Shown piece by piece: positions 1 to 13,014 of a DNA stretch of 64,000 nucleotides. The stretch is taken from positions 768,001 through 832,000 of the forward strand of contig OZ219790.1 of NCBI GenBank assembly GCA_964291215.2, in the 5' to 3' direction. Both the position numbers and the translations under genes were made by a program. The notes below the pieces were generated by a model. The model had not been told where the DNA came from, made no database searches, and saw nothing but the letters and a program-made list of their open reading frames with translations. How positions within the stretch are numbered: position 1 is the first letter of the stretch; every line of letters starts with the position of its first letter. The DNA comes from Alphaproteobacteria bacterium. Its GTDB lineage: Bacteria > Pseudomonadota > Alphaproteobacteria > MPNO01 > UBA830.

Positions 1-845
1 GGACACCTTGAGCTTGAGCTTTGCCATCCTGATCTTCTGTTCTCCGGCATTGTTGGTGAAGCTGACGTCGGGGTTGTCTGTGAAGCGCAGGTTTTCGTGT
101 TTCACGAGACGTTCGTGCAGGTTGTGCGCGTTTGCGATGCGTTTTCCTTTCGTCGGGATGTCGGGCAGTTCCTTGGCGCCCTGGATGGTGCGGTAGCGCC
201 CGGCCTCGTTCAGGGTTTTGGATGCGCTCTTGTTGACCTTGTGGCAAACCTCGCGGAGCAGGCTCTTCATCAGTCGCGCGGTAGCCTCGACGACGAAGGT
301 CAGTTCGCGCAGCAGGTGGCTGCCGCTGGTGGCTACACTGCCATGTACGAGGCCCAGGACGCCCTTGCAGCACGGGCCGATCTCTTGCTTGCGGTGCGGG
401 AACTTGCACGTCCCGACGACATGGAGCCACTTGCTGTTGATCCGAAATCTTCGACATCGGGCGTTGCAGGAGGTGCGCCACGGCGGCCTCCTCCCATGAC
501 GCATCGTGAAAGCATGGCCGAGGCCTCGGAGAGCTTGATATCGCCTGCACGAGCGGCACGGCGCAGGGACAGCATCTGGGCGACCAGCAGGGACGAGGGC
601 CTGGATGCCGTACTGCACGGCATGTTGTCGGGGAACCGGCCCTTGCACTTCGGGCATTCCTCGGCGTCGACGCGGCGCTCGACGACCTCGAACACGATGT
701 CGTGCGGCGCTCGACGGGGCCGTCGGCGCCGCAGGCCGCGACCGTTTCCTCGACGATGGTCTTGCGCAGGTTGTCGCCCATCTGCCGGTTCGGCTTCGGG
801 CCGTTGCTCCCGGCACGCTCTTGTCCGTCCGTGACGGCGGCAGAC
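1..845 (-). pseudogene. Degenerate IS66-family transposase fragment (copy A)
   Basis: Near-identical to 2326-3240 but with different small indels; IS66 motifs (CPKCK, FTNNAGEQKIRMAK) spread over several frames; cut by IS256 at 846. Confidence 0.8.
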
Positions 846-2110
846 GATTACGCAACCTGATGTCTGGAAATTGTCGTGAAGCTGATCGAGCTGTTCCCAT
901 TTGATCTTGGTTTCGGTTTCCCATTTTTCGTCGATGAGGACCGCGGTTGAGAGGCGCTCCAACGAGGCGAGGTTCGGAAAGACCCTGACTTTGGAGGTGC
1001 GCCGCTTGAGCTCTTGCTGGATCGGTCGCTCGATGCCGTTCGAGGTTCGCATACGCTTGTGGTGAGCATCGGGCAAGGTGAAGACAGCGAGCCCCGCATT
1101 GTTTTCCAGCCAGTCTGCGAAGTCTGGATGCTTGTCGCGATAGCTGGCCACGAGGGCGCCCAGTTCAGCCTCGGCGGTTTGGAGTGAAGACGCATGGCTC
1201 CGAGCTGTTTTCCAATACGTTTCCTGATGTCGTTGTTCGGTGCACGGCGTTTTGTGCCAGGTGGAATTGGCAGCGCTGCCATGTCGCCGCGCCCAGCACC
1301 GTGCCGCTTTCAGCCCAGCATGGTCATCCGAGACGATGAAGGTCGTACCATGCAGGGCTAGCAAGCTTTCCAGGAAGGCTCTCCAATGGACTTCGGCCTC
1401 GGAGAGCGCCACAGAGAGCCCCAGAACGTGCCTGCAGCCCCTATTCCGATGACCGAGAGCACTGCGACATCGCGCACAACGCCGTCATGGCGGGCTTTTT
1501 CGTAGCGCGCATCCAGGTATTTCATCAGGGGCCGGTTGCGCGGCGAGTTCTTCATCGAGCAACTTGGTGGCCCCCTGAGAAGAGGACAGGCTCCCGAACT
1601 CGCGCATTACATCCTGCCGCGTGGAAACACCTTTGATGTACATCTCGGCTACGGCCAGCATGACGGCGCGAGAAGATCGCTGGCCGCGTTCAAGCGACTG
1701 TGGATAGAACGGGTCGTCCCCGTGACCGGCCGTCTTTGGCACCTGAACGGTAACAGTGGGGGTGTCGATCCGCTTGTAGCCGTTGGCATAGCCCTGTCGT
1801 TCCGGTGTCCGGTGGCCCGCTTTCAAGTGCTGCTCGCGCTCGATTTGCATCGCAAGCTCGAAGAGCTGACCAAAGATCCGCCCCAGATCCGTTGCTCCGT
1901 TTGCGATCAGATGTTCAAAACGGCCTCAATCGTCGTAGTGTGTCGCAGGTCCATTCGCTTCCTCCATGAAGGTTTTACAACTCCATGGGATAGCACGATG
2001 GCGCCGCGTTTCACTGGGGGGGGGGGGGGGCTAGCCCCCCCCCCCCCCCCAGTGAAACGCCTCAAAGCGCAAACCTCAGACAAATTTCCAGACATCAAGT
2101 TACAGTACCC
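846..2110 (-). mobile_element. IS256-family element with frameshifted transposase
   Basis: Motifs YLDARYEK, VSDDHAGLK, RTSNGIER and KRRTSKVRVFPN across ORFs 333-1412, 1358-1555 and 1485-1850; imperfect terminal inverted repeats GATTACGCAACCTGATGTCTGGAAATT and AATTTCCAGACATCAAGTTACAGTACCC. Confidence 0.85.
2006..2060. repeat. Near-perfect hairpin with a G15/C16 stem upstream of the IS256 transposase
   Basis: GCGTTTCACT-G15-CTAG-C16-AGTGAAACGC. Confidence 0.9.
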
Positions 2111-2153
2111 TCGGAAAACGTGCCGGTGTAACTCGTCGCGATATCGAATATTT

Positions 2154-3662
2154 GTATCTACTCACCCCTTGTTGGGTTCTGATTCATAGTGCTCGTTGAT
2201 GATGTCTGAGGCTTTTCCGTCGAGGGCGATCTGGGTGGCGACGAGTGGGTTGTAGCCGAGTGCGGCCATGGAGATGAGGTAGCTTGAGCTCCGGCACCAT
2301 GCTTTTGCGTGGAGCGGAAGCATCCGGACACCTTGACCTTTGCCATCCTGATCTTCTGTTCTCCGGCATTGTTGGTGAAGCTGACGTTGGGGTCGTCTGT
2401 GAAGCGCAGGTTTTCGTGTTTCACGAGACGTTCGTGCAGGTTGTGCGCGTCGGACTTGCGTCCACGTTTTCCTTTCGGCGGCGGCGGGATGTCGGGCAGT
2501 TCCCTGGCGCCCTGATGGTGCGGTAGCGCTTGCGCCCGGCGTCGTTCAGGGTCTTGGATGCGCTCTTGTTGATCTTGTGGCAGACCTCGCGGAGCAGGCT
2601 CTTCATCAGTCGCGCGGTAGCCTCGACGACAAAGGTCAGTTCGCGCAGCAGGTGGCTGCCGCACAGCTGGTGGCTACACTGGCCCATGTACGAGGCCCAG
2701 GACGCCCTTGTAGCACGGGCCGATCTCTTGCTTGCGGTGCGGGAACTTGCACGTCCCGACGACATGAAACCACTTGCTGTTGATCCGAAATCATCGACAT
2801 CGGGCGTTGCAGGAGGTGCGCCACGGCGGCCTCCTCCCATGACGCATCGTGAAAGCATAGCCGAGGCCTCGGAGAGCTTGATGCCGGAGATCGCCTGCAC
2901 GAGCGCGACGGCGCAGGGACAGCATCTGGGCGACCAGCAGGTTGATGACGAGGGCTTGGATGCCGTACTGCACGGGATGTTGTCGGGGAACCGGCCCTTG
3001 GTTCGGGCCTTGCACTTCGGGCATTCCTTGATCTCGGCGCGGCGCTCGACGACCTCGAACACGATGTCGTGCGGCGCTCCCGATCGACGGGGCCGTCAAT
3101 GTCGGCGCCGCAGGCGTCGCAGGCCGCGACCGTTTCCTCGACGATGGTCTTGCGCAGGTTGTCGCCCATCTGCCGGTTCGGCTTCGGGCCTTTGCCGTTG
3201 CTTCCGGCACGCTCTTGTCCGTCTGTGACGGCGGCAGACCGGAGTTCCGGCTCGTGCGTGGTCTTCTCCAGAAGGACGACGATGAGGATGTCGAGCAGGA
3301 TGACGAAGACGCGGATCACGGCCTCTTCCGCCACCTTGCCGGCAGCGCCGCAGTCTTGGCCGCTTCGAACTCCTCGCGCGCCGCCCGTCGCCATCACCCG
3401 GCCTCGACGGTCATGATCGTCGCGAGCATCGCTTGGCGCTCGCCCGGCGGCATCTTCCGGTACTCCGCCTTGCGCTTCATCAGCGCGCCGCCTCCGATGG
3501 CACAGCCCGCTCGTCGCCTTCGATCCAAAGTAGCTCACTGCCGGTCCCCGTCGTTCTCGATAACCACCACTAAACGAATCGGCCTGCAGTGTCAAATCTC
3601 CACGAAAACCCGTTCGTTGCTCTACCCCGACATCAAGCCGGAACCAGGGGGTGAGCAGTTAC
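2154..3662 (-). mobile_element. Degenerate single-ORF IS66-type element (copy B)
   Basis: Ends GTATCTACTCACCCC and GGGGTGAGCAGTTAC; transposase motifs ECPKCK, HQLCGSHLLREL, FTNNAGEQ and KVSGCFRS with many frameshifts. Confidence 0.85.
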
Positions 3663-3747
3663 GTTGGGTTAAGGATTGTCATGATGTAATTGTTGCGTCC
3701 GTGCGGGCGCGGCGCAGGCGTGGAATTCGGGACGGGAGGATGAGGTC

Positions 3748-4321
<574 letters not shown>

Positions 4322-4529
4322 GGCGGGCCGGCCAGACCCGCCCGTCCCCGGACACGGCCTTCGCCGCTGCCGGCGGGCCGCGCGGCAGCGCCCCGTCTCC
4401 ATGCCCGTCCGGGCATCCTCTCGCCAGTGTCCGCAACGCGCCTCCTGTCCAGGGGACGTCACGGCGAGACGAAGCAACCCTGCGCCGGACGGCCCGAACC
4501 GCCAATTCGCCTGTAGCGGGCCCGCACCG

Positions 4530-4743
4530 TCACGCCGCCCCCAGCCGGTCCGCCTCCGCCGTCGTCGCCGCCCGGCGCTGCGCCGCCCAGGCATCCAGAT
4601 CCCGGCGGCGATAGCGCACCCGGTTGCCGAACCGGTGGAAGTCCGGCCCGCCCCCGCTCACCCGGTAGCCCTCCAGCGTGCGGGGCGAGAGCCCGAGCCG
4701 CCGCATGCCGCGTGTCCATGAATTCCGGTTCGATCGCGCCCAT
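4530..4743 (-). pseudogene. AlpA/excisionase-like HTH protein with a frameshift near the N-terminus
   Basis: MDTRHAAA continues in another frame as LGLSPRTLEGYRVSGGGPDFHRFGNRVRYRRRDLDAW. Confidence 0.75.
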
Positions 4744-5128
4744 CCCGCTCTCCTCCAGGTCCTTCCCGGCGCCGCCCGCAGCGGCCCGGCGCCACTCTGG
4801 AGACCGCCGCCCTGCCTTGCAAAGGAATCGGTTAGGGGATTTCCATCGCCCCGGACATGCGCGCCAGCCCTGCCCCGGACCGCGGACATGCCGGATGCGC
4901 GCCCCCTCGTCTGGCTGCCCGCGCGGGGCTGGGCAAGGGCGCTGCGAGGAATGCGCGTGTTTGCCATGATCGGCGAAACGTTTGCCGATGGCAGGATGTC
5001 CGGCTGCCGGGCTGTCGGGCACGGCGCGTGTTGAAACCGGCCTGCGGATGGGTTATGGATTGCACCGGCGGGTTCGCTGCGGCCGTGCGGGCGCGGCGGC
5101 GTGGAATCCGGCACGGGAGGATTAGATC

Positions 5129-8100
5129 ATGACGCGGATGCCGGGCGATGTCGGGATGCATGACCTGCGGCTCTTCGGGCGGAGCGCCTCACGCGCGCGC
5201 GAACTCGTTGTACCCCCCCCCCCCCCCCCCCTCAAGAGTCAGGGCGCGGGGCTGAGCCGGTGGGCGCCCCCGGGAGAACCGCCCGCCGCCTGAAGGCGGG
5301 ACTCGCTGCCCTCTTCCTCATCGCGCTGGCCGCCGCCCTCGCGCCGCAGGACGCGCAGGCGCAATCAGGCGCCACCCTGACCGCCACGCCGGGCAATGGA
5401 CAGGTAACGCTGAACTGGGCCTTGACGTTGGACTTTGACCTGGATCCGAATCCTTGGCGGTATCGGCAGAAGAAGGGTACGGGAAGCTACGGTAATTGGC
5501 AGAGGATTTCTGGCGCGGGGACCATTCGAACGCACACCGTGACGGGTCTGGACAACGGCAGCGAATACACCTTCCAGGTCGCTATCCACTACGACAACCC
5601 GATCCCGGGCACACCGAATATCGTCTTCATTTCCAACGCAGTCACCGCGACGCCCACGGCGGTCACCCCCGGCACGGTCAGCGTCACGGCGACTCCGAAC
5701 GACGGCTGGGTGGATATCAGCGCCTCGGTCAGCGGCCTGGGCAATCCTGTCGTGCGCTGGTCCATCCGGTGGGTCGTGGACGGTATTACCTATGGTTGGT
5801 ACACATTGGGCAGCGGTACCCCGGGAGTGACCGGTTCGATAAAACACGACGCCAACCAGCACACGGCCAGTTTCAGCCTGTCGACGACCAACGGCAAGAA
5901 GTACTCCTACCAGCTTGTGGCCCACGAATCGAACACCGGCAATCAGCATACCAACGTCATCGCCAACAGGGGCTGGGCCGAAGCCACGCCGCGGGCGGAG
6001 ACCCCGACGCTGGTCTCCACTCCGAGCCGGACCCTGAGCGTGACGTCGCCCGGCGGGACGGTGGATGCGTGCTTCAACCTTCTTTCGGTCACGACGGCCA
6101 CCTCGACCTATCTGGAGTCGCGCCCCGGCAGGACGCCCCATGCCGCGCATTCGGCGCTGTCGCACGGCACCCACGGTGTCCAGGTCTCGAGCAATATCGC
6201 CGGCGTGCGGACGGGACGCGGCCAGAACCTGTATCCCTGCGCCTCGCTGGGCGTCGGCGTCCATACTGTCCGCTGGCGCTGGAAGGGCCATGACGGCACG
6301 GCGGCGACGGAAGCGCAGACGGAGACCACCTATACCGTCGTGCAGGTTCCGGGCCAGCCGACCCTGACTGCCGCCCTGCCGGCCCCGGATCGGGTCACGC
6401 TTGCGTGGGCCAATCCGAACGACGCCAGCATCACCGGTTGGGAATACCAGTACAAGGAGGGCACCGGGAGTTACGGCGCGTGGAGGGCGGTTCCGGGTTC
6501 GACGGCGACAACCATCGGCCATGTGGTGACGGGCCTGAAGCCCGGCACGGCCTACACGTTCCGGATCCGGGCGAGGAATGCGGCCGGCGCCGGCGCGGCC
6601 TCCGGGGAGCGGAGCGCGACCACCAAGGCGTCTCCCGTGCCGGCAGCGCCGGCGGGGTTCGCGGCGTCTCCGGGCAGCACGAAGGTGTGGCTGACCTGGA
6701 CCGCCCCGGACGATGCCAGCATCACCGGCTGGGAGTATCAGCAGAAGGCGGAAACCGGGACTTACGGTTCGTGGACGGCGATTCCGGGTTCCACGGCGGC
6801 GAAGGCATACGCCGAAGTGACGGGTCTGACCAACGACACGGCCTATGCGTTCAAGCTTCGGGCGGTGAGCGATGCCGGCAACGGTACGGCGTCGGCGGAA
6901 CAGACGGCCACGCCGGGGGCTGCGGTTGCGGCGGTGCTGACGGGCGCGGCGGGCGCCAACGGCGCGCATAATCTCACCTGGACGACGACCTCCGGCGGCC
7001 CGCACAGGATCGTCATCAACGCCGATGTCATCGGCTTTTGGTACGCGTATTACCGGAACAGGGGGAGTACATCATGGCGCGGGCCGAGCCACACGGGCGG
7101 CGCCGGTACCCGGCAATGGTCAGGTTCGGGGTCGTTGCACGGCGAGGTATATGAATATTACGTCCAGCCGGTCGGGTCTCGGTTCGTCGGCGGCGGCCTC
7201 TTCAGCCTGAACGGCCCGGATTCCAATGTGATCGAGTTGACGACCAACAGGCCGGACAGGCCGGCGCTGACGTTCGCGAATGCGCCGGTGACGGTTTCGC
7301 CGGGAGCGACGGCGATGTACACGGTGAAGCTGAACGGGGCATTTGCGGGCACTCTTGCGCTCTCGAGTTCGGCGGCGGACAAGGCGAGGGTGAGTCCGTC
7401 GAGCCTGACGTTCACGGCGAGTAACTACAACGTGGCGCAGACGGTGACGGTGACCGGGGTGGCGGCGGGGACGGCGACGATCAACCATGCGTTCACGCTG
7501 ACGGGGGCCTCGACAACGTTCATCCCGGATGCGGGGACGGTATCGGTGACGGTGGGCTCGGGCGGGGGTCAGGTTCCGCCGAAGCCGGCGGGATTGACGG
7601 CGTCGGCGGGCAACGGTCAGGCGGTGCTGTCGTGGACCGACCCGAACAATATGAGCATCACCGGCTACAAGCTGCGCCACGGCAAGACGACCGAGAGGGG
7701 CAGCGCGGCGTGGACCGCGATTCCGGGTTCGGGCGCGGCCACCGTGATCCACACGGTGACGGGGCTGGACAACGATGCCGAATACAGCTTCAAGCTGCGC
7801 GCGGTGAACGCCGCCGGCGACGGTGCCGCCACCGACTGGAAGACGGCGACGCCCTCGGCGACGACGGCGAAGCCGGCGAAGCCGGTCCTCACGGCGGCGG
7901 CGGGCGACGGCTCGGTCACCCTGAGCTGGGGCGCGCAGGCGAATGTCTCGACCTGGGGTTATCAGTACAAGAGCGGGGCCGGCAGCTGGGGCGCGACCCG
8001 GACGGTCTCGGGCAGTGCGACGAGTGCCACGGTGACGGGGCTGACGAACGGGACGGCCTACACGTTCCGGCTGTTCGCCCGGCGCGGCAGCGGCGGGGCG

Positions 8101-11100
8101 GCCGTTCAGTCGGTGTGGTCGGACGAGGTGACGGCGACGCCGGTGGGGGTGGTGGTTTCGAAGTCGGCGCTGACGGTGGCGGAAGGGGCGAGCGGGGCCT
8201 ACACGGTGAAGCTGACCACGGCGCCGTCTGCGACGGTCACGGTGACGGTGGGCGGCGCGTCGGGCGACGTGGCGGTGAGCCCGCCGAGCCTGACCTTCAC
8301 CACGTCGAACTACGGCACGGCGCAGACGGTGACGGTGAGCGCGGCGCAGGACCCGGACGGGGACACGGACCCCGATGTGACGCTGACCCACAGCGCGTCG
8401 GGCGGGGGCTACGGCTCGGTTTCGGTCGACAGTGTGGTGGTGACGGTGACGGAGGACGACACGAAGGGGGTTACGGTGTCGTCGGGCGCGCTGACGGTGG
8501 ATGAAGGGGGGACCGGGTCCTACACGGTGAAGCTGGACACGCAGCCATCGGGAGAGGTGGTGGTGACGGTGGGCGGCGCGTCGGGCGACGTGACGGTGCC
8601 GGATTCGCAGTTGCGGTTTGCGGTGAACAACTGGAGCACGGCGCAGACGGTGACGGTGAACGCCGCCCTGGATGCGGACGCGGAGACGGACCCGGCGGTG
8701 ACGCTGACCCACGGCGCGTCGGGCGGCGGTTACGGCTCGGTGTCGATCGGCAATGTGGTGGTGAGCGTGACCGAGGCGGTTTCGCTGCCGGCGGCGCCGA
8801 CGGGACTGGCCGCGGCGGCGGGTAACGGGCAGGTGGTGCTGACCTGGACCGACCCGGACAATGCGAGCATCACCGGCTACGAGCTGGGCCACGGCAAGAC
8901 GGGCGTCAGGGCAAGCGCGGCCTGGACCGCGATTCCGGGTGCGGGCGCGACCACGACGACCCACACGGTGACGGGCCTGGAGAACGGCAGCGAATACAGC
9001 TTCCGGCTGCGCGCGGTGAACCCTGCGGGCGATGGCGCCGGGACGAGCTGGGCGACGGCGACGCCGCTGGCGCCGACGGTGCCCGGCGTGACGGTCTCGA
9101 CCGCCGCGCTGCGGGTGGCTGAGGGCGGCTCCGGCAGCTACACGGTGAGGCTGGACACGGCGCCGTCGGGCGACGTGACGATAACGGTGGGCGGCGCGTC
9201 GGGCGACGTGACGGTGGCGAATGCGACGCTGACCTTCACCACGGCCAACTGGACCGTCCCGCAGACGGTGACGGTGAACGCGGGCACGGACACGGACACG
9301 ACCGACGACACGGCGACGCTGACGCACGGCGCGTCTGGCGGCGGTTACGGCTCGGTGAGCATCGCCGATGTGGTGGTGAGCGTGGTGGACAGCGGCGTGG
9401 TGCCGGCGAAGCCGACCGGTCTTGCCGGCGCGGCGAGCGCCGGTTCGGTGACGCTGACCTGGACCGACCTGGCGAACCCCACGGTCACGAAGTGGCAATA
9501 CCGGCAGAAGGCCGGCAGCGGCGACTGGGGCGATTGGGAGGACATTGCCGGTTCCGGAGCGGGCACCACCAGCCACATCGTGAGCGGGCTGGCCGGCGGC
9601 ACGTACCAGTTCGAGGTGCGCGCGGTGAATGCGGCCGGGCCCGGCGCCGGCCCGGATGCGCCGGCGCGGGTGACGGTGGCGGCGGCTTCCGGCGGCGGAG
9701 GCGGCGGCGGCACGACCCCCGCCGGAAGCGTGACGGTGACGCCGACCGCGCTGAGGGTGTCGGAGGGCAGCAGCGCCGCCTACACGGTGGTGCTGGACGC
9801 GGAACCCTCGGGCGATGTCACGGTGACGGTGGGCGGCGCGTCGGGCGACGTGACGGTGGAACCGGCCAGCCTGACCTTCACGACCGCCAACTGGGACACG
9901 GCGCAGACGGTAACGGTGCGCGCGGCCCGTGACGAGGACACGACCGACGACACGGCGACGCTGACCCATGGTGCGAGCGGCGGCGGCTACGGTTCGGTGA
10001 CCATCGATTCGGTGGCGGTGACGGTGACCGACACGACGCTGTTGCCGGTGCTGACCCTGGCGCAGGATCCTGCGGCGGTGACCGAGGGGCAGGATATCCG
10101 CCTCGCGGTGACCGCCGACCGGGCGCTGACGGGCAGCCTGACGGTCAGCCTGACGCTGTCGGCGCGCAACGCAAGCGGCTTCGATGCCGGTGACGTTCCG
10201 GGCGGTCTGGGGCCGCGCTCGTTCGATGCGGTGTTCGGCTCTGCGGCGCGCACCACGGGGGTGGTGACGATCCCGACGGCGGCGGATGCGGATGCGGAAG
10301 GCGCGGAGGCCTACCGCATCACGCTGAACGACGGTGCGGACTACGCGGTGGGGAGCGACGCGACGGCTGCGGGCGTGCTGCGCGACCGGGCGCCGGGGTC
10401 CGTGTCACGGGCGAACCGGGTGAATGCGGCGGTGCTGCCGCATGTGGCGGCGGCGGCGATGTCGCAGACGCTGGGGGCGGTGACGGGGCGCATCGAGGCG
10501 GCCGGCAGGCCGGGCAGTTCGCTGCGGTTCGGCGCCCTGCCGTCGCCGCCGGTGGAGGACGAGTGGGCGCCGCCGCGCCCGGAGGAGCCGACCCTGAGCG
10601 AGATGCTGGACGGGGCGTCCTTCACGCTGGCGGCGGGCGCCGGGGAGGCGTCCGCGCTGCCGTTGGCGGTGTGGGGCCGGGGCGAGTGGCTGTCGCTGTC
10701 GGGTTCGGAGAAGGATGTCACCTGGGACGGCGGCCTGTGGTCGGCGCAGCTGGGGGCGGACCTGCGGGTGCGCCCGGACCTGCTGGCCGGGGCGGCGCTC
10801 TCCCATGCGCGGGGCGAGCTGGACACGCAGACGGGCGGGGTGAAGGGCGTGCACGAGACCACGATCACGTCGGTGCACCCCTATGCGGCGTGGCTGGCGC
10901 CGGACGGCTCGACCCTGTGGGCGAGCCTCGGCTACGGGACCGGCGAGGTGCGGATCACCGAGGAGGGCGCGCCGGCGCGCAGCGCCGGGCTGACGCATTG
11001 GAGCGTGTCTGCGGGCGGGCGCAGCGTCCTGGCCGAGGATGCAGAGCTGATCGAGGGCGGGATGACGCGCCTTGCGGTGAAGGGCGAGGGTTCGGCGGCG

Positions 11101-11751
11101 CGTCTGCGCACGGAGGCCGATGACGGTCTGGCGGGGCTGACGGCGAGGACGACGCGGCTGCGGCTGCTGCTGGAGGGCTCGTACGAGCACGCGCTGGCGG
11201 GCGGTGCGACGCTGACGCCGGCGCTGGAGGCGGGGGTGCGCCATGACGGCGGCGGCGTTGGCGAAGGGGCGGGCCTCGAGGCCGGAGCGGGCGTGACCTG
11301 GCGGGACCCGGCGGCGGGTCTGACGGCGGAGCTGCGCACGCGGCTCCTGGCGGCGCATGAGGCGGACCGCGACGAATGGGGGGTGAGCGCGCTGGTGCGC
11401 CTCGATCCCGGGGCCGACGGGCGCGGGACGTTCCTCGCCTTCGGCCCCGCGCACGGGCGCACGGAGAGCGGCCTCGGGCAGCTGTTCGACCTGCCCGCGG
11501 CCGCATCCGGCACGGCGCCGGAAGGGGCAGAGAGCCGTCTGGAGGCGGAGGTGGGCCACGGCTTCGGCCTGCCCGGTCCGGGGCCGCTGGCGGTGCTCAC
11601 CCCCTGGGCGGGCTTGAGCCTGGCGGAGGGGCGCACCCTGCGGCTCGGCGCGCGCTACCGCCTCGGCGCGGGGCTGTCTCTCGGCGTCGAGGGCGCGCAC
11701 CGGCCGGGCCCCGAAGACAGCCTCATGCTGCGCGGCGCGCTCCGCTGGTAG
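5129..11751 (+). CDS. Large autotransporter adhesin with FN3 and Calx-beta/Ig-like repeats; true start probably ATG 5129, read through the poly-C tract; open frame from 5233
   Basis: Signal peptide LKAGLAALFLIALAAALAPQDAQA; repeated AGNGQVTLxW..YxFxLRAVN FN3 units; Ig-like units LTVxEGxSxxYTVxL; C-terminal beta-barrel ending LRGALRW. Confidence 0.9.
5213..5231 (+). repeat. Poly-C tract (C19) in autotransporter leader 1
   Basis: Direct count. Confidence 0.9.
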
Positions 11752-12132
11752 GAAAACGCCCGGCGTGTCCTGCCGATAGCGGCGCGGCGCTTCATCCGGG
11801 CGAACCTGTCGCAAGCATCGGTGGCGGCGCCATTCGCTCATGAAGGACCGGTCGCGTCGCGCGTGGAGATCGTCATGCGCAAGCGTTTCGCCAGACCCGT
11901 GGAGCAAGCTCCGGAACAAACCCCGCAAGGACATCTGGCCCCTCGGAAGGGATTGGCGGCGCGATAGAATCCAAGCAACCGTGCTGACGTGAGCATGGCC
12001 TTTTTCACGGTCTGGCGGAACGCTTGCCGTCATGCCCTTCGGGCGATGGACCGGTATCCGTTCGGGTTCCGGGGGATGAGGATTGGGTTATCCGCTTGTC
12101 GGCATTTTCACACCGGCCCGACGGTTGTACTT

Positions 12133-13014
12133 CTACCGATTGAGGGTGCGTTGCCAGTCTTTTCGCAGTGTGCGGAGCCAGATGTCCTTTTTCGGCTGGT
12201 CTCGTTTGTTGTGCCTGTCGTAGCGTCCCCGGCCCTGGGTGGTCCCGACGCGGGTCCAGCCCGATGCGCGGTATACGGCACCGGTGTAGCGGGGCGTTTC
12301 GACGAAGGTCTCGATCAGCACCGGCGTGATGTTGTAGCGCCCGGTCCAGTCGATGGGCAGGCGGCGGCGCACGATGGCGAGGATGTGCGAGCCGAGTTTG
12401 GGGATCTCGATCCAGGGCAGGATCAGGAAGCGCGGGTTGTCGACGACGAGAGGAAGGTTCTTTTCGCGCAGCTCGGGCGTCCATCCGATGAAGCGGTCGC
12501 GCGGAGCGAGCTTCCATGCGGCGGTGGAGAAACCGAGCATGGCGACGGGCCAGCCGTTGCGGTCGTGGACGGCGTAGCGCATCTGGGCGCCGACCAGTGT
12601 CTTGTGTCCGAGATAGTGGTAGCGGGCGATGAACTCGTTCCAGAGCCTGCCTTCGCGGGTGCTGTGCACGACGGTGCGGAAGTCGAGCGGGCGGACCTCG
12701 TCGAGGGTCGTGGGCGCCGGGAACAACGGCGGTTCGGTGTCGGGTCCGAAGACGATGGGCTTGGGCGGTCCTCGCCGCCCTTTGGGGGTAGGCAGCTCGA
12801 TGAGCCCGTCCTTGTGCATGGCGAGCATGGCGACACGGGCCATCATGTCCTTCAGTCCGCCGTCGGGCTTGAGCCAGCCGATGCGCCGGCAGAACTCGAT
12901 CGACAGGGCGCGGCGGGAGAGCGGGGCGGGATCGGCGATCAGGGCGCGCAGCAGCGCCATTTCATCTTCGGTGAAGTCGCGCCCGTAATAGCGGCACTCG
13001 ACCGCGCCGGTCAT
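12133..13014 (-). CDS. DUF4338 / Druantia DruA-like protein
   Basis: Motifs WNEFIARYHYLG, RDRFIGW, NPRFLILPW, ETFVE, GAVYRASGW and GTTQGRGR; ATGA overlap with the transposase stop. Confidence 0.8.
   Translation of the reverse strand: MTGAVECRYYGRDFTEDEMALLRALIADPAPLSRRALSIEFCRRIGWLKPDGGLKDMMARVAMLAMHKDGLIELPTPKGRRGPPKPIVFGPDTEPPLFPAPTTLDEVRPLDFRTVVHSTREGRLWNEFIARYHYLGHKTLVGAQMRYAVHDRNGWPVAMLGFSTAAWKLAPRDRFIGWTPELREKNLPLVVDNPRFLILPWIEIPKLGSHILAIVRRRLPIDWTGRYNITPVLIETFVETPRYTGAVYRASGWTRVGTTQGRGRYDRHNKRDQPKKDIWLRTLRKDWQRTLNR

Noticed and set aside
7120-9969. Long antisense or alternate-frame ORFs (also 30451-33534, 43382-47641, 47765-50209, 54028-56616, 60234-62510)
   Set aside because: Arg/Gly/Pro-rich shadow frames of real genes in high-GC DNA
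12133-13014. Complete Druantia system
   Set aside because: No DruE helicase or other dru genes; the gene lies inside IS ends
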